Positions 18,190 to 25,363 of a stretch of 25,363 bases of DNA are shown one piece after another. Where the stretch lies: the NCBI GenBank assembly GCA_949127655.1, contig CASBQB010000210.1, positions 1 to 25,363 of the forward strand, in the 5' to 3' direction. The position numbers were made by a program, and so were the translations under genes. How positions within the stretch are numbered: the stretch's first letter is position 1; each line of letters opens with the position of its first letter. This stretch comes from Chroococcales cyanobacterium PMM_0086. GTDB lineage: Bacteria > Cyanobacteriota > Cyanobacteriia > Cyanobacteriales > Microcystaceae. The notes under the pieces were generated by a model that was given only the letters and a program-made list of their open reading frames with translations, searched no databases and was not told the DNA's origin.

Positions 18190-21100
18190 ATGGTGAGTGG
18201 TCACTCAGAATCAAACAAGGATAATAACCCAGTTTATCGAAATTTAGACAGGGAAGAGTTGGATCAGCAATCCTCATCCTTTGAAAACAGTGTAAACGAT
18301 CTGTTTGAGCTATTTGGACAGGAAAGTTTTGAAGAAGAATCCTTTTCCTCCCCGCTACCCAATGATGAAGAAATAAGTCAAGTATTTTCGCTACCCAATG
18401 ATGAAGAAATCAGTCAAGTATTTTTTGATGACGACCTCTGGGATGATTCTGTAGCGAGTGATATTTCTGTAGTAAAAAAAGCTCAGCCACAACCTGAAAG
18501 TCAACTTAAGATAGCTGAGGAATTAATAGAGCTATTTAGAGACGACCCAGAGGAACCCACACCAAAACAAGAAGAAGTAAAAGAACTTCTCGAAGAAGAT
18601 GAAGACTTTGATTCTAGTGAAGGGATTGTTATTCTAGAAACTGAAGGCTCAATTGTCTTTGATACTCTGCCAGTCAAAGAAAAAACCACGCCAGAAAAGT
18701 CTTTAGTACCTTGCCTATCACTATACAATTCTTTAGAAGAAATAGAAAAACTGATTACTCAGCCAAGGAGTTCTCTATTGGTTGACTTTCAGGCGTTAGA
18801 AGCAATGATTAATCAGTCTATTTTCCAAAAGGAAGAAAGCAAAGAACTGGCCCTGTCAGCAGAACATATTTTCGACCACAGCGAATTATTCAATTTTCCC
18901 CAAACTAGTGGGCAAGAAACGGCTATAGAAGAAGATCCCTTCGGTGATTTAGAAGAACTGCTCAAGCAAACAGAAAGGACGATGAAGGGAAGAGCAGCAG
19001 CATCACCAACAATTGTAGTCGGTGGGCAACCCTTACGAAATCGGGCAACTAAAGCGAAAATCTTTGAGCAAACAATGCGGGTTCCCATCAAGCAACTCGA
19101 TAACTTGAGTAACTTAATTGGAGAACTAGTTATTAAAAGGAATGGTTTAGAACAAGACCAAGAAAGGATGCAGCAATTCGTAGACAACTTGCTTAACCAA
19201 GTACAGACTCTTGGGGATTTGGGAACCCAGATGCAAGAACTCTATGAAAGAACTCTTTTGGAAGGATCACTTTTAGCTAGTCGTAAAGTAAATTCAACTT
19301 CTATCTCCAGAAATACGATTACCTCAGAGAGTTCCTCAACTTCTACTAATAATGACTTTGATGCTTTAGAAATGGATCGCTTCACCAGCTTCCACTTACT
19401 CGCACAAGAGATGATGGAAGTGGTGGTCAGAGTCAGAGAGTCTACCTCAGATATTGAATTTTTGGTAAGTTCCTCAGAACAGGTTTCACGCTCCCTGCGA
19501 CAAGTGACAACCCAACTGCAAGAAGGAATGACCAAATCTCGCATGGTCTCCTTTGGCCCTATCGCTGAAAGATTCTCTAGGGCAGTTAAAGAAATATCGC
19601 TGAGCCTCAACAAACAAGCAAAATTACAAGTTGACGGTAAAGATGTTCTAGTTGATAAAATGATTCTAGAGCATTTGTATGATCCGATGACTCACCTAGT
19701 TAACAATGCGATGACACATGGTATAGAAACCCTTACAGAAAGAAAAAAAGCTGGCAAACTCCCAGAAGGCAAGATAACTATTAGTGCCTTTTTACAAGGC
19801 AATCAAACGGTAATAGTAGTGGCCGATGATGGGGCTGGGATAAATCCTCAAATAATTAAAGCAAAAGCAGTAGAAAAAGGATTACTGACTAGGGAAGAAG
19901 CAGAAACAATTAAAAAGCAAGAACTATATGATTTACTGTTTCACCCAGGATTTAGTACAAAAGATCGAGCCGATCAATACTCAGGCAGAGGAGTCGGACT
20001 AGATGTAGTCAGAACAGCTTTAAGTGAAATTAGGGGCAGCGTTAGCATAGACTCAGAAATCAACAAAGGGACAAAATTCACCATCCGCCTACCATTAACT
20101 TTAAGTATTTGTAAAGCTCTCTGTTGTCTGAGTGACTACGCTCGGATCGCTTTTCCAATGGACGGAGTAGAAGCGACAAAAGACTACTCCACTAAGGATA
20201 TAGTAATTAACCAGACTGGACAGAAATGCGTACCGTGGAATAACACACTTTTACCATTTCAACCACTAAGTGCCCTTCTCTCCTTTAACAGGTCGAACCG
20301 AAGAAATAGTGTCTATAGTGGAAAAGTAGATGACGATATATTCTCTCTGGTTATCTTAAGGACAGCAGGAAACTTACTGGCCGTGAAAGTTGAGCGAGTT
20401 TTGGGGGAACAAGAAATAGTTATTAAACAGATAGTAGGCCCAATCCCTAAACCTATTGGCATTGCTGGAGCTACAGTACTAGGAGATGGTAGTATTATGG
20501 CAATTGGGGATGTTTTAGAACTACTAGAAATTTCTCAAGGACGCTCCCAGGTTGAAAATCTCAACAGCCTCTGGCAAAAAACTATCCCCAATGAACTCCC
20601 AACAAATCAAAGTAAAGAAAAAATAGACCCCTTAGTTCTGATTGTAGATGATTCCATAACAGTACGTGAACTCCTCTCGGATAGCTTCACCAAAGCCGGA
20701 TATCGCGTTGAACAGGCCAAAGACGGGCAAGAAGCTTGGGATAAATTACGCTCAGGTCTATCTTGTGACCTCATTTTCTGCGACATTGAAATGCCTAGGA
20801 TGAACGGTTTAGATCTCCTAGCTAATATTCAAAAAGATGAGAAGCTCTCGAATATTCCAGTAGCCTTGTTAACCTCACGTGCAGCCGAAAGACATCGTAG
20901 TGTTGCTGCTAGATACGGCGCAAGTGGCTATTTTGTCAAGCCCTACACAGAAAGAGACATTCTAGATGCAGCAGATCGGATCATCAATGGCGATGTACTT
21001 TTACTAGGCAGTAGTCGAGTTCCCAGAACACCCCAACCAAACCCGCTCACTGAAATTGGGCAACACTCACCTAGTGAGAATATCTACCCAGCCAAAACAG

Positions 21101-21501
21101 TCGCTCGTATCTTGGTTGTGGATGACTCAGCAACAATTAGGGCCATGATCTCAACGACTCTATCTAAAGGAGGTTACGAGAGCATAGAAGCCCGTGATGG
21201 TCAGGATGCTTGGGAAAAGCTGCGTTCTGGACTAGACTGTGACCTGATCCTCTGTGATATTGAAATGCCCAGAATGAACGGGTTAGAACTGTTATCCCGT
21301 CTACAAGAAGATAGTCAGCTTTCCACTATTCCTATTGCCATGATCACTTCAAGAGGTGCCCAAAAAATGAAGACCCTAGCAGCAGAAAGAGGCGCTAGGG
21401 GCTATTTTGTTAAACCATATATTGACGAAGAGATACTTGATGCTACTAAACGTCTTATCTCAGGTGAAATTCTCTTGGATAGTAGTAATGTACTAAATTA
21501 G
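18190..21501 (+). CDS. CheA-like hybrid histidine kinase (PilL-C/TaxAY class): acidic low-complexity N-terminus, dimerisation domain, HATPase, CheW-like domain and two C-terminal receiver domains; no Hpt (P1) domain
   Basis: 1103 aa. HATPase N/G boxes (HLVNNAMTHGIE…DDGAGI…GRGVGLDV). CheW-like region (FSLVILRTAGNLLAVKVERVLGEQEIVIKQIV…GATVLGDGSIMAIGDV). REC1 at about aa 814-935 (LIVDDS…DLIFCDIEMPRMNG…FVKPY). REC2 at about aa 972-1093 (ILVVDDS…DLILCDIEMPRMNG…FVKPY). No HxxKG-type Hpt motif anywhere in the first 300 aa. Confidence 0.9.
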   Translation: MVSGHSESNKDNNPVYRNLDREELDQQSSSFENSVNDLFELFGQESFEEESFSSPLPNDEEISQVFSLPNDEEISQVFFDDDLWDDSVASDISVVKKAQPQPESQLKIAEELIELFRDDPEEPTPKQEEVKELLEEDEDFDSSEGIVILETEGSIVFDTLPVKEKTTPEKSLVPCLSLYNSLEEIEKLITQPRSSLLVDFQALEAMINQSIFQKEESKELALSAEHIFDHSELFNFPQTSGQETAIEEDPFGDLEELLKQTERTMKGRAAASPTIVVGGQPLRNRATKAKIFEQTMRVPIKQLDNLSNLIGELVIKRNGLEQDQERMQQFVDNLLNQVQTLGDLGTQMQELYERTLLEGSLLASRKVNSTSISRNTITSESSSTSTNNDFDALEMDRFTSFHLLAQEMMEVVVRVRESTSDIEFLVSSSEQVSRSLRQVTTQLQEGMTKSRMVSFGPIAERFSRAVKEISLSLNKQAKLQVDGKDVLVDKMILEHLYDPMTHLVNNAMTHGIETLTERKKAGKLPEGKITISAFLQGNQTVIVVADDGAGINPQIIKAKAVEKGLLTREEAETIKKQELYDLLFHPGFSTKDRADQYSGRGVGLDVVRTALSEIRGSVSIDSEINKGTKFTIRLPLTLSICKALCCLSDYARIAFPMDGVEATKDYSTKDIVINQTGQKCVPWNNTLLPFQPLSALLSFNRSNRRNSVYSGKVDDDIFSLVILRTAGNLLAVKVERVLGEQEIVIKQIVGPIPKPIGIAGATVLGDGSIMAIGDVLELLEISQGRSQVENLNSLWQKTIPNELPTNQSKEKIDPLVLIVDDSITVRELLSDSFTKAGYRVEQAKDGQEAWDKLRSGLSCDLIFCDIEMPRMNGLDLLANIQKDEKLSNIPVALLTSRAAERHRSVAARYGASGYFVKPYTERDILDAADRIINGDVLLLGSSRVPRTPQPNPLTEIGQHSPSENIYPAKTVARILVVDDSATIRAMISTTLSKGGYESIEARDGQDAWEKLRSGLDCDLILCDIEMPRMNGLELLSRLQEDSQLSTIPIAMITSRGAQKMKTLAAERGARGYFVKPYIDEEILDATKRLISGEILLDSSNVLN
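18355..18426 (+). repeat. 36-nt tandem direct repeat (2 units, 33/36 identical) encoding LPNDEEISQVF twice in the acidic N-terminal region of the CheA-like gene
   Basis: Units at 18355-18390 and 18391-18426. Confidence 0.8.
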
Positions 21502-21523
21502 TGTGGGATTTTAACTTTTCCTT

Positions 21524-22897
21524 TTAGAGGAGTTTACTGATCTCCTCAGCCGTTTCCTCGCCTGTCTGTATTGCTCCCTCAAAGAAACCAGGCCAGCGAG
21601 CAGCCATCTCCGTACCTGCCCAGTAGATAAGTCCTACTGGTGCTGTGAGGGCTTCACCGAAGCTTGTCCACACACCGGGGGGCATAAAGGCAGCGTAACC
21701 ACCGCCAGCCCAGGGTTCACCTGGCCAATCAACTTCATCGTAAGTAGATGGAGAGAGAGCTTGATCACCGAAGTAGATAACTAGGTCAGAGAGAACTGCT
21801 TGGCGACGCTCATCTTCACTCATGGGTCGCCAAGATCTATACCGATCACCAACGACAAATGTGGCAATCACTCCAACTCCCGTTTCTGGATCAGAACTAT
21901 CCGCACAGAGTTCAATCCACTGACAGTTTCCCAGACCGATTCCGGCAAGCCCTTTCTCCCGCCAGAACGGACGCTCGTAGGAAATCAGGAGCTTAGCACA
22001 GCAGCCCATGGGTACTCTTTGAGTGAGTTGTTCTCTTACAGAGGGCATTGGTGGATCATAGATGATGCGACCTGCCAGATGTGGGGGCATCGCAACAATA
22101 GCAAACTGTGCGGTAAAGCGGCCTTTTGTTGTTTCTACTGTCAGGGTTGCTGGGTCTTGAATTATGCGTAAGACAGGTTCTCCTAAGTGAATCCTATCTC
22201 CTAACTCTGCAGCGATCTTTTCTGGAATTTGCCCCGCCCCACCATGAAGAAGTTCCGCTTCTGGGTGTTCGGACTGCGGCGCACAATTCTGTCCCCAGAG
22301 GACGTGTAAGAGTGAAACTTGATTGGGTTCTTCAGGTCCGAGGAAACCGACTGCACGGGCCATATAAGCAAAGTACCAGCTTCCAAAAGCAGTTTTGGTG
22401 TTTTCCTCGATCCACTGTGCGAAGGTTTTACTATCAAGTTTTTGATTCTGGTCATTTCGTTGCGGATGTCCAGGGGGCAAGGTTTTTGCAAGTGCCTCGA
22501 AACAATTCCACGCTTGCATTGCATCACACCATTCCTCCTCACTTACGCTAGGGCGTTCACCCTCCGGTAAACCCTGGAAAAAACCGTTAAACTCGTAGCG
22601 TTTTCCCTCGAACATAAGTACTTTTTGTCCCTCGCCTGGAGTAGGGAAGCGACGCACTCCGTACTCATCAAGTAGAGCAAGGAAACGAGCATGAGTTGAA
22701 CCAACCCACTGACCTCCTTGATCAATCCACTGCCCTGATGGTAAGTATTTACCATACATCCGACCACCGAGGCGCTCTTGTGCTTCGATTACCAGAACAT
22801 TGTGACCTAACCTGTGTAGATTACGTGCTGCGATGAGTCCAGCTAACCCAGCACCAATAACTAGGCAATCATAGACGGTTGCCTTTGAGATTGACAT
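21524..22897 (-). CDS. Flavin-containing amine oxidase (MAO / L-amino-acid oxidase family) FAD-dependent oxidoreductase
   Basis: 457 aa. N-terminal dinucleotide-binding motif DCLVIGAGLAGLIAARNL…VLVIEAQERLGGR. GC content is clearly higher than in the surroundings. Confidence 0.85.
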   Translation of the reverse strand: MSISKATVYDCLVIGAGLAGLIAARNLHRLGHNVLVIEAQERLGGRMYGKYLPSGQWIDQGGQWVGSTHARFLALLDEYGVRRFPTPGEGQKVLMFEGKRYEFNGFFQGLPEGERPSVSEEEWCDAMQAWNCFEALAKTLPPGHPQRNDQNQKLDSKTFAQWIEENTKTAFGSWYFAYMARAVGFLGPEEPNQVSLLHVLWGQNCAPQSEHPEAELLHGGAGQIPEKIAAELGDRIHLGEPVLRIIQDPATLTVETTKGRFTAQFAIVAMPPHLAGRIIYDPPMPSVREQLTQRVPMGCCAKLLISYERPFWREKGLAGIGLGNCQWIELCADSSDPETGVGVIATFVVGDRYRSWRPMSEDERRQAVLSDLVIYFGDQALSPSTYDEVDWPGEPWAGGGYAAFMPPGVWTSFGEALTAPVGLIYWAGTEMAARWPGFFEGAIQTGEETAEEISKLL

Positions 22898-22923
22898 AAT
22901 TTTACCCTCAAATCACTAAAAAA

Positions 22924-22953
22924 TTTATGATAGCTCAAACCCTTTTATCATAA
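22924..22953. promoter_or_regulatory. Perfect 8-bp inverted repeat TTTATGATA-N13-TATCATAA between the tsaB stop and the amine oxidase start (candidate operator or weak terminator)
   Basis: TTATGATA at 22925-22932 and TATCATAA at 22946-22953 are reverse complements. The pair lies 27-56 nt upstream of the amine oxidase ATG (22897) and just downstream of the tsaB stop (22956). Confidence 0.2.
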
Positions 22954-22955
22954 TT

Positions 22956-23576
22956 CTAGTGACTATCGAGATAGAAGGGAAGTCCTTCAAACCATTCAGT
23001 TGAATCACCCCCAGACCACAGAACATAAGCCAAATTGAGAAGACTCTCAACTGTATAGCCCAATTTTGTCTCACCTTCAACCAAAAGATAGGGTTTTTGT
23101 AACTGGTTTAATATGCTTTGCCATTCCTCAAACCCTTTAACTGTATCTAAAAAAATGGGACTAACAACCTCTTTTTTTAGTAACTTTTCATAAATACCGA
23201 CATAGTACTTCTCACTATTTGCTGCAAGTTGAACAGCGATTAGAGTTTCTTGGTTGTTCTGTTCTACTCTAGTTTGAGCAAGAGCAGCTAAAGAAGAAAT
23301 ACAAAGTAGGGGTATCTTCAATTGCTGGGCTAATGTCCGTGCTGTTACCAGTCCAATTCTTATGCTAGTGAAGCTCCCCGGCCCTTTAGCTACCGCAATA
23401 AAAGCTAAGTCTTGCCATCTTTGCGGCTTTAAAAATTCCTGTAGATATTGATGTAAATGAGTCACCATGTCTCTATCTAGATCCCAAAATTTTACCCTAG
23501 TGATTTTAGATGAATCAATTATACCTAAACCCAATTGTCTAGTACTAGTATGAATAGCTAAACCATACTTATTCAT
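22956..23576 (-). CDS. tsaB: tRNA threonylcarbamoyladenosine biosynthesis protein TsaB (YeaZ family)
   Basis: 206 aa. Its N-terminal half ([11 protein letters not shown]…[20 protein letters not shown]…IPLLCISSL) is typical of TsaB/YeaZ. Its ATG overlaps the dnaE-n TGA (ATGA). Confidence 0.85.
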   Translation of the reverse strand: MNKYGLAIHTSTRQLGLGIIDSSKITRVKFWDLDRDMVTHLHQYLQEFLKPQRWQDLAFIAVAKGPGSFTSIRIGLVTARTLAQQLKIPLLCISSLAALAQTRVEQNNQETLIAVQLAANSEKYYVGIYEKLLKKEVVSPIFLDTVKGFEEWQSILNQLQKPYLLVEGETKLGYTVESLLNLAYVLWSGGDSTEWFEGLPFYLDSH

Positions 23577-25363
23577 ATTGCTATTTCTGCCCTTTTGAGA
23601 TCTAGCCCTCTCTCAAAAATCTCTTCAATAGGTAACATTTCACCCTCTTTGGTCATAAAACGATGGTCTTTAGTTGCCCTAATTACAGAACCATCTTCTA
23701 AACTATATTCAAAGATTTCTTGGGCTTCTCTTTGATGCCATTGTGCAATCTTTTGAGTATAGATACAACCTTGGGGATCTATTGTATAGACTGTGCATTG
23801 TATTCGGTCTTGAACAATTTTGCCAATAGATAATACTCCATATTCCTGGGTTAAAATGGGACTATCTTCAGCTAAACAATATTCAGCAAAATTAATCATC
23901 TGTTCAAAAAGACTTTCTGCAATATATTTAGCTACGCCATTTTTAGCTGCTCCATCAATAAAAAGCTCTCGATGCTTCTGCATCTCTGAAGCTTTCTTTT
24001 TGCCCATCGCACGACGCAATAGATCAGCTTCTCCTAAAGAATAGCCTGCTAGATCTTGGGCCATCTTCATAATCTGTTCTTGATAGACTAAAACGGCATA
24101 GGTTTCTTTTAAAATAGGTTCTAGTAAAGGATGTTCATATTGAATTTCCTCACGTCCATGTTTGCGATCTATAAATTTAGGAATTAGTCCTGCATCTAAA
24201 GGTCCTGGTCGATAGAGCGCTAAAATAGATGAAATATCTTCAATTCCTGAAGGTTTCAAATCAGAGACTATTTGACGCATTCCTGAAGATTCTAACTGAA
24301 ATATCCCTTCTAAATCCCCTTGTTCTAAAAGGTTATAAGTGTTTTGAATATCGGGTGGTAATTTCTTGACATCTCTTTTTTCTAAGATATGCTGAGCTTT
24401 TCTTTCATCTAGAGGTAACTGATCTAAATCAATGTCTATCTTTTGATTCTCTTTAATTAATTCTGCTGTTTTTTGAATAGTTGTTAGATTTTTGAGTCCC
24501 AAAAAATCCATTTTTAATAGACCTAACGACTCTAAATCTTCCATAAAATACTGTGTGATAACAGAACCATCTCTATTGATTTGTAACGGGACTATTTCAT
24601 CAAGAGGTTCTGAAGAGATAACCACTCCTGCTGCATGAACTCCAAAAGTTTTATTAGTCCCCTCAATACGAATAGCCATATCTAACCAACGTTGTACAAT
24701 TGGATCATTGTCGTAGCGCTCTTTAAACTCTGGTGAAGGCGTATCGTTAGAAATCATTACCTTAAGCTGGGTTGGTTTACCTCTAGAAACAGGAATCATT
24801 TTAGTCATTTTATCTGATTCTGCATAGGCAATGTTTAAGACCCTAGCTACATCTTTTAAAACAGCTTTAGATGTCATTCTATTAAAGGTAATGATCTGTG
24901 CTACATTACTTTTACCATATTTTTGAGTTACATAATCAATCATTTCATCCCTTCTATCAATGCAGAAATCTGTATCAACATCTGGCATAGACTTGCGTTC
25001 AGGATTTAAAAATCTCTCAAATAATAGTCCATGATGTACCGGATCAATATTGGTTATTTTTAGGGCATAAGCTACTAAAGAACCAGCTGCAGAACCCCTA
25101 CCTGGACCTACAGGTATGTTATTATCTCTAGCGTACTTTATATAGTCCCAAACTACTAGAAAATAAGTAGAAAAGCCCATTTTTTGGAGCATTTTTAATT
25201 CATATTCTAGTCTTTCTTTATAGACGGTACTGACTTCATTAATGCTGTGAGATTTTAGGCGTTCTAATAGTCCTTTCATAGCCAGTTCTTCTACATAAGT
25301 ATCTGCATTATGTCCAGAAGGAACCGGATAATTAGGAATACGAGGTTCACCCATTATTTTATA
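23573..25363 (-). CDS. dnaE-n: DNA polymerase III alpha subunit, N-terminal split gene dnaE-n (5' end beyond the window), ending in the N-terminal half of the DnaE split intein
   Basis: Pol III alpha core motifs ([40 protein letters not shown]). The frame stays open to the window edge (…[18 protein letters not shown] is the PHP-domain/linker region), so the ATG at 25354 is internal. The C-terminal 101 aa are the intein. Confidence 0.9.
   Translation of the reverse strand, partial: YKIMGEPRIPNYPVPSGHNADTYVEELAMKGLLERLKSHSINEVSTVYKERLEYELKMLQKMGFSTYFLVVWDYIKYARDNNIPVGPGRGSAAGSLVAYALKITNIDPVHHGLLFERFLNPERKSMPDVDTDFCIDRRDEMIDYVTQKYGKSNVAQIITFNRMTSKAVLKDVARVLNIAYAESDKMTKMIPVSRGKPTQLKVMISNDTPSPEFKERYDNDPIVQRWLDMAIRIEGTNKTFGVHAAGVVISSEPLDEIVPLQINRDGSVITQYFMEDLESLGLLKMDFLGLKNLTTIQKTAELIKENQKIDIDLDQLPLDERKAQHILEKRDVKKLPPDIQNTYNLLEQGDLEGIFQLESSGMRQIVSDLKPSGIEDISSILALYRPGPLDAGLIPKFIDRKHGREEIQYEHPLLEPILKETYAVLVYQEQIMKMAQDLAGYSLGEADLLRRAMGKKKASEMQKHRELFIDGAAKNGVAKYIAESLFEQMINFAEYCLAEDSPILTQEYGVLSIGKIVQDRIQCTVYTIDPQGCIYTQKIAQWHQREAQEIFEYSLEDGSVIRATKDHRFMTKEGEMLPIEEIFERGLDLKRAEIAI
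23576..23878 (-). other. DnaE split-intein N-terminal fragment (IntN, 101 aa) fused to the end of the N-extein
   Basis: The extein ends …FAEY and is followed by [101 protein letters not shown]. This is closely similar to the Ssp/Npu DnaE IntN (CLSFGTEILTVEYG…IYTQ.IAQWHDRGEQEVFEY.LEDGS.IRATKDH.FMT…MLPI.EIFER.LDL). The Cys1 codon is at 23876-23878. Confidence 0.85.

Noticed and set aside
18190-19060. Looked for an Hpt (P1) domain in the N-terminal ~290 aa of the CheA-like protein
   Set aside because: No conserved phospho-accepting His in an HxxKG-type context. The region is acidic and low-complexity, so the protein is called Hpt-less (PilL-C-like).
21800-22767. Cluster of overlapping ORFs on both strands inside the amine oxidase gene (21800-22171+, 22126-22551+, 22201-22542-, 22319-22570+, 22543-22767-)
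   Set aside because: They are explained by the GC-rich, stop-codon-poor composition of this gene. None has a recognisable motif. The 457-aa FAD-oxidase frame is the real gene.
1-25363. Searched for tRNA genes (GTTCGAATCC-type T-arm), CRISPR-like spaced repeats, IS/transposase or integrase ORFs, and HIP1 (GCGATCGC) elements
   Set aside because: I found none by eye. Every ORF over 140 aa is accounted for by a non-mobile function. A computational tRNAscan/CRISPR scan would be needed to be definitive.

Overview
The window reads as a gene-dense, AT-rich (roughly 33-36% GC in hand-counted samples) chromosomal stretch from a cyanobacterium. I base that on the Ycf39-type gene, the split DnaE intein, the 812-aa-class dynamin (SynDLP-like) and a PilL-C-like CheA. 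I found no tRNA, rRNA, CRISPR array, transposase/integrase or HIP1 (GCGATCGC) copies.

Gene content, left to right:
- The 3' end of a membrane-protein gene, followed by a divergent PII-family signalling protein (extended T-loop).
- Convergent onto that pair, a minus-strand four-gene cluster: NAD kinase, Ycf39, flotillin/SPFH, and a fatty-acid-hydroxylase-family enzyme.
- An MscS-family mechanosensitive channel.
- A small secreted bulb-type (GNA-like) mannose-binding lectin that carries a 93-bp internal tandem duplication.
- A sugar-type ABC permease, a family-5 lipoprotein SBP, and a DppB/NikB-type permease whose stop overlaps cobH, which in turn overlaps cobL. An opposite-strand PEP-CTERM protein gene sits between the SBP and the permease.
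- A bacterial dynamin-like GTPase, a 150-aa hypothetical, and a membrane-anchored AAA-less FtsH/M41-like peptidase-domain protein.
- An 1103-aa CheA-like hybrid kinase with no Hpt domain and two tandem receiver domains.
- A flavin amine oxidase gene that is visibly GC-rich (about 45-57% in hand-counted 60-nt samples) against about 33% flanks.
- tsaB, then the 3' part of dnaE-n ending in the 101-aa N-terminal half of the DnaE split intein. Its TGA stop overlaps the tsaB ATG.

Most of the window looks like ordinary core genome. The items most worth follow-up are the single-gene compositional island, the lectin, the PII paralogue next to a transporter-like gene, the Hpt-less CheA and the dynamin/M41 neighbourhood. 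I do not see a clear multi-gene novel system (defence, toxin or similar) and say so explicitly.
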